Both the position numbers and the translations under genes were made by a program. Shown piece by piece: positions 1-9,219 of a stretch of 64,000 nucleotides of DNA. Numbering within the stretch: position 1 is the first letter of the stretch; every line of letters starts with the position of its first letter. The notes under the pieces were generated by a model. That model saw only the letters and a program-made list of their open reading frames with translations. It searched no databases and had not been told where the DNA came from. Source of the stretch: Candidatus Babeliales bacterium (GTDB taxonomy: Bacteria > Babelota > Babeliae > Babelales > JACPOV01); NCBI GenBank assembly GCA_036260945.1, contig DATALT010000002.1, forward strand, positions 722,638 to 786,637, read 5' to 3'.

Positions 1-728
1 GCTTTGCGCATCCCGCTCATAAACTTGCCTATCTCGCTAAAGAAAATCTCATTATCACGAGCAATTAATTTTTCGAGCTCAAGCTCTTTTGCTAGATTTG
101 CTCCCTTTTTTACATTGTAAAAGCCATTTTTCAATCCCCATAATGAGCCCGAACATAGCATTACGTATGCTGAAGCTTTCATGGTTCCTAAATGAGCTGT
201 TTGCGCTGTAAATAAAGACTCTTTTTCAATCAATCCGCCATTGATCATATTTTTTATATCATAGGCAAGAAGAGCAAGACAACCCATACCGACTATTGCC
301 TGCGCAAAACCTGCTCCTAGATAACTGCCCTTCACACGCAAAGGATTTTCTAACAACGCCGCTTCTTCTTTTTCGATTTCGTCTTTTTTATCCGCGGCAC
401 ATCTTGCAGCCTCTTCACATGTTTTTCTATATGCTCTCATTCTTTTATACAGAACTTTATTATTCTCATTGCTTATATCCCCCTTGAAGCCCCATTGTTC
501 TTCTAACATTGTTCTAGCCGGCTCGTTTGCCACAACCTTACTACTTATTGCATGTGAGAGACCACACGAGCGAGATGCTAAGTAGGCTGATTCATCTGGT
601 GTGTTTAGATCAGAAACTTCGAGTTGCTCTTGTTTTGTGTCTGGCACTTGCGGCGCTTCCATCGCAAAAAAATTACCCGATACCAATCCGGCACAAAGTG
701 CCATTATAAAAAGAATTTTTTTCATCAT
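1..728 (-). CDS. Hypothetical exported protein, N-terminal part only (C-terminus lies beyond the window edge)
   Basis: Absent from the ORF track because it runs off the window. I translated the minus strand from tandem ATG-ATG (728/725; AAGGAG at 738-733) and found no in-frame stop down to base 3 (~242 codons). N-terminus MMKKILFIMALCAGLVSGNFFA/MEAPQ looks like a signal peptide. No recognisable domain. Confidence 0.6.
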   Translation of the reverse strand, partial: MMKKILFIMALCAGLVSGNFFAMEAPQVPDTKQEQLEVSDLNTPDESAYLASRSCGLSHAISSKVVANEPARTMLEEQWGFKGDISNENNKVLYKRMRAYRKTCEEAARCAADKKDEIEKEEAALLENPLRVKGSYLGAGFAQAIVGMGCLALLAYDIKNMINGGLIEKESLFTAQTAHLGTMKASAYVMLCSGSLWGLKNGFYNVKKGANLAKELELEKLIARDNEIFFSEIGKFMSGMRK

Positions 729-803
729 TGACTCCTTTTGGTTTTTTTCACCTTAACCAACCGATCAATGATGATTCAAGAAATTGATATCGATGTAGAA
801 ATT

Positions 804-1319
804 TTAGCGATAATAATAAATAAGCATCACGAGCGCCATAATTGCCATCGAAAGATCTTCTAGAAGCGTAACGTAGGTCATGGGTATTTTAAAAACTGCG
901 CCAAGACACGCGCATATTATTTCTTTATGCTGCGCGAGTTCGTAAGCAACGCCAATACTTCCCACGCTCATGAGAAAAAGAGTTATCGCATTAGTAGCAA
1001 TGGGATAAATACCAGTGAGATACGCAATGCCCAAGCAAAATTCTATAAATGGATAGATATACGCGTAAGCGATTGATCGCTTTGCTATAAGATCATACAT
1101 TGAAAATGCTTCAACAAATCCATGCAAATTGTAGATTTTAAAAAGACTAAAAACAATAAAAAAACTTCCCATAAAATCGTTCGTTGCATCAATAATGTTC
1201 CAACCGTAAATGAATCTACGCAATACTGTGAACAATAAAATAATACTTAAAATGAAAAATAATGGTGCAAACGACTTTAGTGTAATTCCTGCGGTAGGAT
1301 TTGAATTATGCATCTTCAT
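804..1319 (-). CDS. Small polytopic membrane protein, MauE/DoxX-like
   Basis: 171 aa with 4-5 hydrophobic helices. FKIYNLHGFVEAFSMYDL and the C-terminal IICACLG (C-x-C-x-G) motif resemble the MauE/DoxX family. Family call is from memory. Confidence 0.55.
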   Translation of the reverse strand: MKMHNSNPTAGITLKSFAPLFFILSIILLFTVLRRFIYGWNIIDATNDFMGSFFIVFSLFKIYNLHGFVEAFSMYDLIAKRSIAYAYIYPFIEFCLGIAYLTGIYPIATNAITLFLMSVGSIGVAYELAQHKEIICACLGAVFKIPMTYVTLLEDLSMAIMALVMLIYYYR

Positions 1320-1350
1320 TTGTTTTTCCTTGTTTATTTTTTTGAAGAAA

Positions 1351-1977
1351 CTACGTTCCTTTTAAGGCTTTTGTGCAACCGATTCCAACCCCCGCTAAAA
1401 TCGATCCGAAAATGACAGCCCGTTTGCTCCAGCGATGATCGATAACTTTCGACTTTTTATAAATAATTACGAGGGGCTCAAACTTTCCATTATTGACCTC
1501 ACCAGAAATAATCCCTCGATTTTTTATGGTATAAAAAAACGAAGTATAGTGTTGAGAAAATTTGTATGTTTTTTTTGCGTTAGTTGATCCAAAAACTTGT
1601 TTGGCAGTAATTTCTTGAATATTTTTCGAATAATCATTAATAAGTCGTTGAACATCATTTGGCAATCTATCTTTACGCGCTTTTCTACTCGGCGATAAAA
1701 TGTCTGGCCGAGGAATATAAATGGTTTGTAAATCTCTTTGCACAAAAGTCATGCAGAGCCTATCGATGCCTATAGCTGATCCTGCTAGTATTGCCCCCCC
1801 AATTTCACCACCAACAACGCCGACCAAAAGTGCTAATGAATATGTTGGCAATAAAAGCATGTTCCAGCGAGAATACTTGGGAATAGCGAGTATCTGCACG
1901 TCGTACAATAAAACACCAAATAAAAAAACAATCTTGATATTTTTTTTAGGGAACATCCATTCTCCTAGAAAGCGCAC
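1351..1977 (-). CDS. Hypothetical membrane protein (glycine-zipper helix plus C-terminal hydrophobic segment)
   Basis: 208-aa ORF with LLVGVVGGEIGGAILAGSAIGI and C-terminal AVIFGSILAGVGIGC. Start ambiguous (ATG 1977 or 1956). The antisense ORF 1721..2026 is low complexity and judged spurious. Confidence 0.5.
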   Translation of the reverse strand: MRFLGEWMFPKKNIKIVFLFGVLLYDVQILAIPKYSRWNMLLLPTYSLALLVGVVGGEIGGAILAGSAIGIDRLCMTFVQRDLQTIYIPRPDILSPSRKARKDRLPNDVQRLINDYSKNIQEITAKQVFGSTNAKKTYKFSQHYTSFFYTIKNRGIISGEVNNGKFEPLVIIYKKSKVIDHRWSKRAVIFGSILAGVGIGCTKALKGT

Positions 1978-2115
1978 CCACCATTTTAATTATACTATAC
2001 AAAGAGCGCAGAGAACCGCACAATAGAAACGATAACGCAAAAAACGATAGCTCGCGCTTCAAAAAATTGATACGATTGAACTAGGAAAATAACTGAATCG
2101 AAAATAGTGAATGTT

Positions 2116-3360
2116 ATGCGATTACCCAAATATTTTTTAAGTTCCATTTTCGCTTTCACTCTTTGCTCACGCGCATTATTTTGCGCGGAGGAACAATGGA
2201 TTACTATTTTTGTTCATGGAATTGTGAGTATTAAACCTCATCTTACCACCGCTAATATTATCCGGTTTTTAAGAGACGATATCAGCAATTCGGTATATGA
2301 AAGAGCCGTTCAACTTACACGCAAAGACGATTTTTTCTATCAATATCATGCAATGCAAGAAATGGGTTTAAAGAAAATCGATTTGGATTGTTATGAAAAA
2401 GGATACGCATCAGGCGTTATTGCTCGCAGTTTTGATGCAATTGCAAAATCGGCCAATCCGCAAATGCCCGAGAATCTTTATTATACGTTTGGTTGGTCTG
2501 GCCTTTTAAGTCAGCGATTATGGACGCTTGAAGCCCAAATTTTTTATCAAGATCTTGAAGCACTCGTAAACGCTCTACGTGCTCAAGGAAAAGAACCCCG
2601 AATTAGATTAGTTTGCTATAGCCACGGGGGGAATTTTGCGCTCCGCTTAGCACTTTTTGATTCTTGCACGTTTCATGTTGAAGATCTTTGGCTGATTGGC
2701 GTCCCAATTCTTCCTGAATCGTACGATTTGGCCGATTGTTCATTTTTTAAAAGAATTGATAATTTCTATTCTGAAGGGGATCGGATTCAGCGTTTAGATT
2801 TTTTCTGTTCACAAATCTTGTTCTCTGACCGCGCCTTTTATCCGTCTCGGCAAAAACCTCTTTCAAACCGAATAACCCAAGTACAGTTAAAGTTTAGGCG
2901 CGATTCAACAAAACGATGCAGAAAAAATTGCTGTGTGGATATGCAAAGGTGCGTCATAAAAAATCGATTGCATAGCAGAAATGCTGATCCGGGCCATTCT
3001 GAGCTCTGGTCTTTTGGTTGGTCGCCAACCAGCTATCGCCCAAAATTTCCACTCTATCCCCTCCCCGTAGCAGTATTCCTGCCAATTATCGCGCAGGCAA
3101 TGAGAAATGCTCATGGACAGGGATGCCACGGTTCTGTTGAAATTCATCCAACTCGCGAATTTATGTTTGTTAAAATACCTGGCTGCAAGAGAATATGTAT
3201 GCCGTTCATCCCGATATCTCTCCTTGAGCAACTAAAAGATGAAGCGCTGGCATGCCGGCCTGAAAATTTTAATACAAAAATATTTGATGAACGGATTTGC
3301 GATATTATTCGTCAAGCAAACCAAGAGATTGATGCGGTTAAATACGCGACTAAGAATTAA
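2116..3360 (+). CDS. Secreted alpha/beta-hydrolase (DUF900-like putative esterase/lipase)
   Basis: The first ATG (2116) gives signal peptide MRLPKYFLSSIFAFTLCSRALFCA/EEQ. Motifs: ITIFVHG, FGWSG, VCYSHGGN (nucleophile elbow), FYSEGDRIQ. Colinear paralog of 42100..43092. Confidence 0.65.
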   Translation: MRLPKYFLSSIFAFTLCSRALFCAEEQWITIFVHGIVSIKPHLTTANIIRFLRDDISNSVYERAVQLTRKDDFFYQYHAMQEMGLKKIDLDCYEKGYASGVIARSFDAIAKSANPQMPENLYYTFGWSGLLSQRLWTLEAQIFYQDLEALVNALRAQGKEPRIRLVCYSHGGNFALRLALFDSCTFHVEDLWLIGVPILPESYDLADCSFFKRIDNFYSEGDRIQRLDFFCSQILFSDRAFYPSRQKPLSNRITQVQLKFRRDSTKRCRKNCCVDMQRCVIKNRLHSRNADPGHSELWSFGWSPTSYRPKFPLYPLPVAVFLPIIAQAMRNAHGQGCHGSVEIHPTREFMFVKIPGCKRICMPFIPISLLEQLKDEALACRPENFNTKIFDERICDIIRQANQEIDAVKYATKN

Positions 3361-4129
3361 GTTTTTTCCAAAGCGTTAGAAAATCGTCTATATTCATTTG
3401 CTGTGCACGCAAAGCTAATAATTCTTCAGAAATAATCGATATATCAAAATGGGTTTGTTGCATATTATTTCTCAACGTACGCCGCGGTTGGCGGAAACAC
3501 ATTTTAATGAAATCCCAGAACGCTGGTTCATCAGGTATGGGGGCAACATTTTCTTTTGGCTTAAAATATAATAAACGTGAGTGCACTTTTGGAGGCGGTT
3601 CAAACGCTTGAGGCGGCACTTTATCAAGCTTTTCCCAATTAAAATAGTATTGGAAAAACAGCGAGGGATACCCATAGCCGCGGCCATGCGATTTGAGCAA
3701 TTTTTCTGCGACTTCTTCCTGCACCATAATGACGCCTTCGTGCAAAAGATGCCTGTTTTTTTGCAGCATATGCAAAATAGGAAATGTAATTTGATAAGGA
3801 AGATTGGCAAGAAGAGTCCATGGTTGATCAGGTTCGAAAATCGACCAATCAAGATCTAAAATATTTTGCTCATAAATAGTCATCCGCTTATTTGGCATCG
3901 ATTTACGAACAAAATCTGCCCATTGTGGATCTATTTCAAAAACCCACAATTGTTTGATTGGCTGTTTTAAAATTGAGCGAGTTAAAAAACCATCGCCGCA
4001 ACCGATTTCAAATACAGAACTATTCTTATCAAGCGATACGCGCTCGATCATATGATCGATCACTACTTGCCAACGGAGAAAATGCTGGCCATACTGCTTT
4101 TTTATTTGAATGCCATGAGCAAAATGCAT
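3350..4129 (-). CDS. rsmA: 16S rRNA (adenine1518/1519-N6)-dimethyltransferase
   Basis: KQYGQHFL, VFEIGCGDGFLT (SAM GxGxG), LANLPYQIT, PPKVHS. ATG 4129 is preceded by AAGGA; the longest ORF extends to GTG 4150. Confidence 0.9.
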   Translation of the reverse strand: MHFAHGIQIKKQYGQHFLRWQVVIDHMIERVSLDKNSSVFEIGCGDGFLTRSILKQPIKQLWVFEIDPQWADFVRKSMPNKRMTIYEQNILDLDWSIFEPDQPWTLLANLPYQITFPILHMLQKNRHLLHEGVIMVQEEVAEKLLKSHGRGYGYPSLFFQYYFNWEKLDKVPPQAFEPPPKVHSRLLYFKPKENVAPIPDEPAFWDFIKMCFRQPRRTLRNNMQQTHFDISIISEELLALRAQQMNIDDFLTLWKKLNS

Positions 4130-4365
4130 CTTTAGATCCTTAAGTAACACCGTTTTAGTGTACCATAGACCAGTAAAAAAACAGCATTTATGGCTTTATT
4201 TATAGAAAAAGCGGCAGGCCAGGGCACACGATCTACGAATTTCAGAAATTTCAAAAGAATTATTTGTTCTGAAGAAAGATGCCCTAAAGTGAAATCCCTA
4301 ACGCGGTGCCTAGGCTAATTTTTCTTCCCCATTTAAGTTTTTTTGCTCTTGTAATTTAAAACGGG

Positions 4366-5013
4366 TTATGAATATAAGCAATTATATAAACGCCGCGCTG
4401 CCCGGATTAAAATCAATCCGCAACCCACTCCTTGCACAATTTTGCGAATCCGCAATAATGATTGTTCTTTTTTTTGATCGATCTCAACGATCTTACTTTT
4501 TTCCGAAACTTGAGTAATTACTTTACGAATCCATTGCCCATCCTCGATCTTTTTAAAAACGGTCATCTGTCTCTCAATACCATGCCGCTTAGGGATGATT
4601 CTTATTTCCGAAAGATGTTCGAGAATTTTTTCGTCATCTTTCATTTCAGGGCTCGCGGGTGCTGTTGATTCTATAAGTCTTTTATTAGTATCATAAAATT
4701 CATATTCCTCTTGTACCTCTCCTGGCATGAGAATCGACTTCATTTTCTTTTTAATCTCGTCATTAGAAAAAACTATTTCTTTGCCCGTTGAGGTAAAATC
4801 GGTTTGAGATGACTGCTTCCATATCGTTTTTTCTTTATATGTTGTGCATTTATTTTTTATATAATCAGCATTATAGTAACACGCGGCTCCCAATAAAGCC
4901 GTCCCACACATAATTTCTTTTGAAAATAATAATTTTTTTAGAAATAATGATTCTTCCGCCGTAACTATCGATCCAGAAAGAAAAAAAATCCCCAATAATT
5001 GTTTTACATTCAT
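4366..5013 (-). CDS. Hypothetical exported protein with C-terminal hydrophobic/basic tail
   Basis: 215 aa. Signal peptide MNVKQLLGIFFLSGSIVTA/EES, charged middle region, C-terminal IVQGVGCGLILI-RAARR, last four residues CLYS. Confidence 0.6.
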   Translation of the reverse strand: MNVKQLLGIFFLSGSIVTAEESLFLKKLLFSKEIMCGTALLGAACYYNADYIKNKCTTYKEKTIWKQSSQTDFTSTGKEIVFSNDEIKKKMKSILMPGEVQEEYEFYDTNKRLIESTAPASPEMKDDEKILEHLSEIRIIPKRHGIERQMTVFKKIEDGQWIRKVITQVSEKSKIVEIDQKKEQSLLRIRKIVQGVGCGLILIRAARRLYNCLYS

Positions 5014-5100
5014 TCCCTACCCTATTTTTGTTAGTAATAGCACGTTTCAAAAAAAAAGAGCCACGTTTTGCAAGTGGCTCCCTGGTATAGCTATGGAAAA

Positions 5101-6138
5101 TTATTTTAGAAGTGCGTCCTTGAAGAAATCTAATTGCTCCAGTACTTTTCCGGCACCCATCACAACGCAAAGGAGTGGATTTTCAGCTAGGTGAACTTGC
5201 AAGCCGGTCTCTTTTGAAATCAATTGAGCAAGCCCCTTAAGAAGCGAACCACCGCCTGCCATCACAATTCCTTTATCAACTAAATCTGAAGAAAGTTCTG
5301 GCGGTGTATTTTCAAGCGCCACGCGCACCACGTCCACAATCGTAGCAATTGTTTCAAGTAAAGACTCATGCACTTCAGCACTCGTCAAAATGATTGTTTT
5401 TGGAACTCCGGTCACTAGATCGCGCCCCTTAACTTCCATCGATTCATCTTTTGACTCCGGCATCACCGAACCAATTTGAATTTTGATCAATTCTGCGGTG
5501 CGCTCACCGATAAGCAAGTTATATTTTCTCTTAACATATTGTACAATTGCGCGATCCATCTCATCGCCGCCAACGCGAACTGAACGGCAAAAAACAACGT
5601 CTTTCAGTGCTATCACTGCAACTTCGGTTGTTCCACCGCCAATATCAACTATCATGCTGCATGATGGATCTTGTACTGGCAATCCAGCGCCAATTGCTGC
5701 CGCCATCGGTTCCATAATAGTATACACTTCGCGCGCACCAGCTTGTTTTGCTGAATCTTCAACGGCGCGGCGTTCTACTTGAGTGATGCCCGATGGAACA
5801 CCGATAATCATGCGCGGGCTGATAAGCATGCGGCGATTGCCGTGCACTTTACGGATAAAGTAACGAAGCATGCTTTCTGTAAGTTCAAAATTTGCGATCA
5901 CGCCATCACGCATTGGGCGGCATGCAACAATACTTTCAGGAGTTTTGCCCAACATTTCTTTAGCGCCTCGCCCTGCAGCAAGCACTTGATTTGTATTTGC
6001 CTTAACCGCAACAACAGATGGTTCATCCAGAACAATACCGCGATTACGTACATAAACTAATGTGTTTGCAGTTCCTAAATCGATCGCTAAATCGGTCGAG
6101 AAAGCGCTAAACAATTTTTTTGCAGGAAAAAATCTCAT
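5101..6138 (-). CDS. mreB: Rod-shape-determining actin homolog MreB
   Basis: 345 aa. DLGTANTLVY, DIGGGTTEVAV and MAGGGSLLKGL actin-fold phosphate and adenosine motifs. Confidence 0.95.
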   Translation of the reverse strand: MRFFPAKKLFSAFSTDLAIDLGTANTLVYVRNRGIVLDEPSVVAVKANTNQVLAAGRGAKEMLGKTPESIVACRPMRDGVIANFELTESMLRYFIRKVHGNRRMLISPRMIIGVPSGITQVERRAVEDSAKQAGAREVYTIMEPMAAAIGAGLPVQDPSCSMIVDIGGGTTEVAVIALKDVVFCRSVRVGGDEMDRAIVQYVKRKYNLLIGERTAELIKIQIGSVMPESKDESMEVKGRDLVTGVPKTIILTSAEVHESLLETIATIVDVVRVALENTPPELSSDLVDKGIVMAGGGSLLKGLAQLISKETGLQVHLAENPLLCVVMGAGKVLEQLDFFKDALLK

Positions 6139-6161
6139 AGTGGCCCACCTTTATCTTTTTT

Positions 6162-7403
6162 CTAAAAACTAAGTAACAATCCTAAAGAAAATCGCTGCGT
6201 TTTGCTCACACGTTTTGCAGCAAGTACCGAGACCGGCATATCCCATTGTAACTGAACAATCGGTGCGCACCAATGCGGTTTGCGCACGCGAGAGAAATCA
6301 TAAAACAAATTCACCGTAAAATATTCAGATCCAAAATCTGAACGATCGTTCAATGCTTGTAATGTTGCAGAAGGTACTGGATTTTCGCGCTTATCGACAT
6401 ACAAATCATCATAATGAACTACGGCCGTATATTGCAACTGACCGCCAAGTCCATCGCGAATATCTTCTACTCGAGCATAGGGCGAGATTGCAAATGTTAA
6501 TCCAGGATCAACACGCAAATCTCCAAGAACAGCACCAAAAAGCGGCTGCTCGTTTGCAATAGGAATTCTATTCGGGAATGTACGCGCAAATCGTTTACTC
6601 ATGCGCACATAAAGCCCCGCTTTCCAATCTTCCTTCAACTCAAATTCTGCATCACCTGCTAAATAAAGACCAAAAAAACCGTTGCCGCCATACGGAAGCG
6701 ATGCAGGATTATTGACATCTCGTTTTAATCCGGTATTGATCATCATACCGCCACGAATTCCTAAATCGATGCGTTTGAATTTTAAGAAATATTCCCAAAT
6801 TTTGCCGAATCTAAAATAAAGATCGATATCGGAAAATCCAACCGTGCTTGATTTTGTCGGTTGCAAACCAAGCGAATTTTGTAACTGCCTTCTAATTTGA
6901 TCAAGCTGCAAAATTTGGTCTTCACTCAATCCGTACTGCCGGATGAGTTGGTCATCTAAATGAAAATTAATGCGCGAAAAAAGATGCATAAAAAATGCAT
7001 TGAAACCAATAGAGAAATGTTTCGTAAATCGGTGTTCATACGCCCATTCAATACCTTGGGAATCGATTGCGCCAGACATTTTATAAATAATAGAACTAAA
7101 TTGGTCAAAATTGGGTGCAAGTGGATTTGCGTTTCCCAGAAGTACAAACGCATTTGCAAGTTTTATTAAATCATACTGGCCCCAAATTTCAGGAATACCA
7201 AACGTGATATCTTCTTCATCGGTAGCATTATGCGCGAGCATAAAAAAAGCATCTGCAGAAGCATAAGTTTTTTTTGCCGGTGTACGCGAAAATGTATGCG
7301 GAAACAAGGGGAAATATCTATTATCAAAGACCATTGAACGAAGCGATATGCCCCAACAACAGATCACGGTGAACAGCAGAAGGTTTTTTCGAAGGCGCAC
7401 CAT
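6162..7403 (-). CDS. Putative outer-membrane beta-barrel protein
   Basis: 413 aa. Signal peptide MVRLRKNLLLFTVICCWGISLRS, aromatic/Gly-rich alternating pattern, C-terminus ...RFSLGLLLSF (terminal Phe, typical OMP signature). Family unknown. Confidence 0.6.
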   Translation of the reverse strand: MVRLRKNLLLFTVICCWGISLRSMVFDNRYFPLFPHTFSRTPAKKTYASADAFFMLAHNATDEEDITFGIPEIWGQYDLIKLANAFVLLGNANPLAPNFDQFSSIIYKMSGAIDSQGIEWAYEHRFTKHFSIGFNAFFMHLFSRINFHLDDQLIRQYGLSEDQILQLDQIRRQLQNSLGLQPTKSSTVGFSDIDLYFRFGKIWEYFLKFKRIDLGIRGGMMINTGLKRDVNNPASLPYGGNGFFGLYLAGDAEFELKEDWKAGLYVRMSKRFARTFPNRIPIANEQPLFGAVLGDLRVDPGLTFAISPYARVEDIRDGLGGQLQYTAVVHYDDLYVDKRENPVPSATLQALNDRSDFGSEYFTVNLFYDFSRVRKPHWCAPIVQLQWDMPVSVLAAKRVSKTQRFSLGLLLSF

Positions 7404-7449
7404 ACTCTATCATCCTGATTTTAGATGCATTAAAAAGCAACAGTTTTTA

Positions 7450-7540
7450 TGGAGAGAGAGGGATTAGAACCCCCGATTCCAATTTAATTAGGAATAACCG
7501 CTTTCGAGGCAGCCGCTTTCAACCACTCAACCATCTCTCC
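7450..7540 (-). tRNA. tRNA-Ser (anticodon CGA), class II with long variable arm; no encoded CCA
   Basis: Reverse complement reads GGAGAGA-TG-...-GCTGC-CT[CGA]AA-GCGGT-(long variable arm TATTCCTAATTAAATTGGAATC)-GGGGG-TTCTAAT-CCCTC-TCTCTCC. The 7-bp acceptor stem is perfect, and the 5' and 3' ends match E. coli tRNA-Ser as I recall it (GGAGAGATG...CTCTCTCC). Confidence 0.9.
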
Positions 7541-7638
7541 AGCGTACCGTCACCTTATTTGCAAAGGTGTGATCTTAATCATAACCAATTTTCGTTTTTT
7601 TTAAAGAAATTTTGCGCATTACATCGCTACAATGAAAA

Positions 7639-7667
7639 TTGACATTAGCAGGAACTCGCGTTTAAGC
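7639..7667 (+). promoter_or_regulatory. Candidate sigma-70 promoter upstream of glmU
   Basis: TTGACA (7639-7644), 18-nt spacer, TAAGCT (7663-7668 region), ~80 nt upstream of ATG 7747. Pattern match only. Confidence 0.25.
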
Positions 7668-7746
7668 TTTTTACAATTGAAAAATCACGAAACTTTTTTT
7701 TATTAAATTATGAAACTCACGACTTGAACTCAAAAAAGGAGACACC

Positions 7747-9219
7747 ATGAAATCGCCTTCGATCCAAGCGATTGTTTTAGCGGCTGGTAAATCAACACGA
7801 TTTAACACAGGCCGCACAAAATTACTTGAACGCGTATGCGGACAAGAAATGATTTTGTATACAACAAAACTTTTAGAGTCACTCAATTTACCAACGACTC
7901 TTGTTTTAGGATACGAAGCTGATGCGATAAAAAAAACAGTAACCGCTCATCATCCAGCGCTTACGATCGCACTCCAATCCGAGCAAAAAGGAACTGGGCA
8001 TGCGTTGATGTGTTCTCAAGCCTTTTGGCATGCTGATCATCTTCTGGTGATGAATGGTGATATGCCGCTGGTAACAGAAACAATTATTGAAGAGCTTATT
8101 GCAAAACATACCGATTCAAATGCTGAAGTTTCTTTTGTTGTTTCGCATTGCGATCATCCAGTCGCTGCTGGCTACGGCAGAGTAATTGAGACAAACGGAA
8201 AAATAAAAATCGTTGAAGAAAAAGATCTCAAAACCATCGCAAACGAGTCGTGCTGTATTAACGCAGGCATTTATATTTTCAAGAAATCTTTTGCGCAAGG
8301 ATACTTGAATACGTTGAGTACAGAAAATGCCAGCAATGAATATTATTTAACCGATCTTATAGCAAAAGCACAAAACGTTGTTACCATTCAAGCATCTTTT
8401 GATACAATTCGCGGCATTAATACGCTTAAAGAACTTTGGTCGGCCGAACAAATTAAACGTTCAGAATTAATTTCGATGTGGATGGAACGTGGCGTACGAT
8501 TCTTTGCAGCACAAGCGGTGCATGTTGACGTAAATGTTTCGATCGGAAAAGGAACGACAATTAGCTACGGTGCGCACATTATTAATGGAACCGTTATTGG
8601 CGCGGATTGCACTATCGAACCATTTGCCGTTATTGATAATTGCACACTTAGCCAAAACGTTATCGTCTATTCGCATTCCGTCTTACGAGATTCAACTATT
8701 GAATCGGATGCACAAATCGGGCCGTTCGCTCATATTCGCGGCAAATCGGTAATTAAAGAAACTGCGGTTGTTGGTAATTTCGTAGAACTTAAAGCAACCT
8801 CTTTAGGAATTGCAAGCAAAGCAAAACATCTTACTTATCTTGGCGATGCGCGCATTGGCGAACATGCAAATATAGGAGCCGGCACCATAACCTGCAATCA
8901 TAATGGTGTAACTAAAAATCAAACAACAATAGAAGATTTTGCTTATATTGGCAGCAATAGTACACTGATAGCACCGGTAACTATTGGTAGAAATGCGTAT
9001 ACTGCAGCAGGTTCTGTAATTAATAAACAAGTTCCTGCAGATGCTCTTGCTATTGCACGCGCATATCAGATTAATAAAGAAGGATATGCTGCCAAGTTAC
9101 GCAAGAAATTTGAGCAAGGTGAAGATAAACCAAAAGATACTGTAAATGAAACAGAACAGGTTTCATTTGTCGGCGCACTCAAAACCCATAACGATTCGGC
9201 ACTTTCTGGCAACACATGA
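7747..9219 (+). CDS. glmU: Bifunctional UDP-GlcNAc pyrophosphorylase / GlcN-1-P acetyltransferase
   Basis: LAAGKSTRF nucleotidyltransferase motif and a C-terminal hexapeptide-repeat (left-handed beta-helix) region. 490 aa, including a ~35-aa hydrophilic tail. AGGAGA SD upstream. Confidence 0.93.
   Translation: MKSPSIQAIVLAAGKSTRFNTGRTKLLERVCGQEMILYTTKLLESLNLPTTLVLGYEADAIKKTVTAHHPALTIALQSEQKGTGHALMCSQAFWHADHLLVMNGDMPLVTETIIEELIAKHTDSNAEVSFVVSHCDHPVAAGYGRVIETNGKIKIVEEKDLKTIANESCCINAGIYIFKKSFAQGYLNTLSTENASNEYYLTDLIAKAQNVVTIQASFDTIRGINTLKELWSAEQIKRSELISMWMERGVRFFAAQAVHVDVNVSIGKGTTISYGAHIINGTVIGADCTIEPFAVIDNCTLSQNVIVYSHSVLRDSTIESDAQIGPFAHIRGKSVIKETAVVGNFVELKATSLGIASKAKHLTYLGDARIGEHANIGAGTITCNHNGVTKNQTTIEDFAYIGSNSTLIAPVTIGRNAYTAAGSVINKQVPADALAIARAYQINKEGYAAKLRKKFEQGEDKPKDTVNETEQVSFVGALKTHNDSALSGNT

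Noticed and set aside
1721-2026. Plus-strand 101-aa ORF overlapping 1351..1977
   Set aside because: Its Pro/Ser/Thr-rich low-complexity translation mirrors the Gly-rich helix of the minus-strand gene. The minus-strand product has coherent TM architecture. This is a low-confidence choice between strands.
4151-4365. 215-nt gap between the 4366 ORF and rsmA with nested inverted repeats (TTCAGAA...TTCTGAA; GGGCA...TGCCC; GGCACCGCG...CGTGTGCC). Considered as SRP (4.5S), 6S or another structured RNA
   Set aside because: I could not find the conserved SRP domain IV motifs or any other family signature. The stems are short and imperfect. It may simply be a terminator/promoter spacer. A covariance-model scan (Rfam) would settle it.
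5483-6060. Plus-strand ORFs 5483..5782 and 5779..6060 (99 and 93 aa)
   Set aside because: They are antisense to the highly conserved mreB. The same reasoning applies to the many other 60-130-aa antisense ORFs inside pheT, glmU, tkt, typA, gpmI and the permeases.
7551-7569. Hairpin CACCTT-ATTTGCA-AAGGTG 10 nt upstream of the tRNA-Ser 5' end
   Set aside because: A 6-bp stem without a T-tract. It could be chance or part of the tRNA leader, and there is no evidence for a regulatory role.
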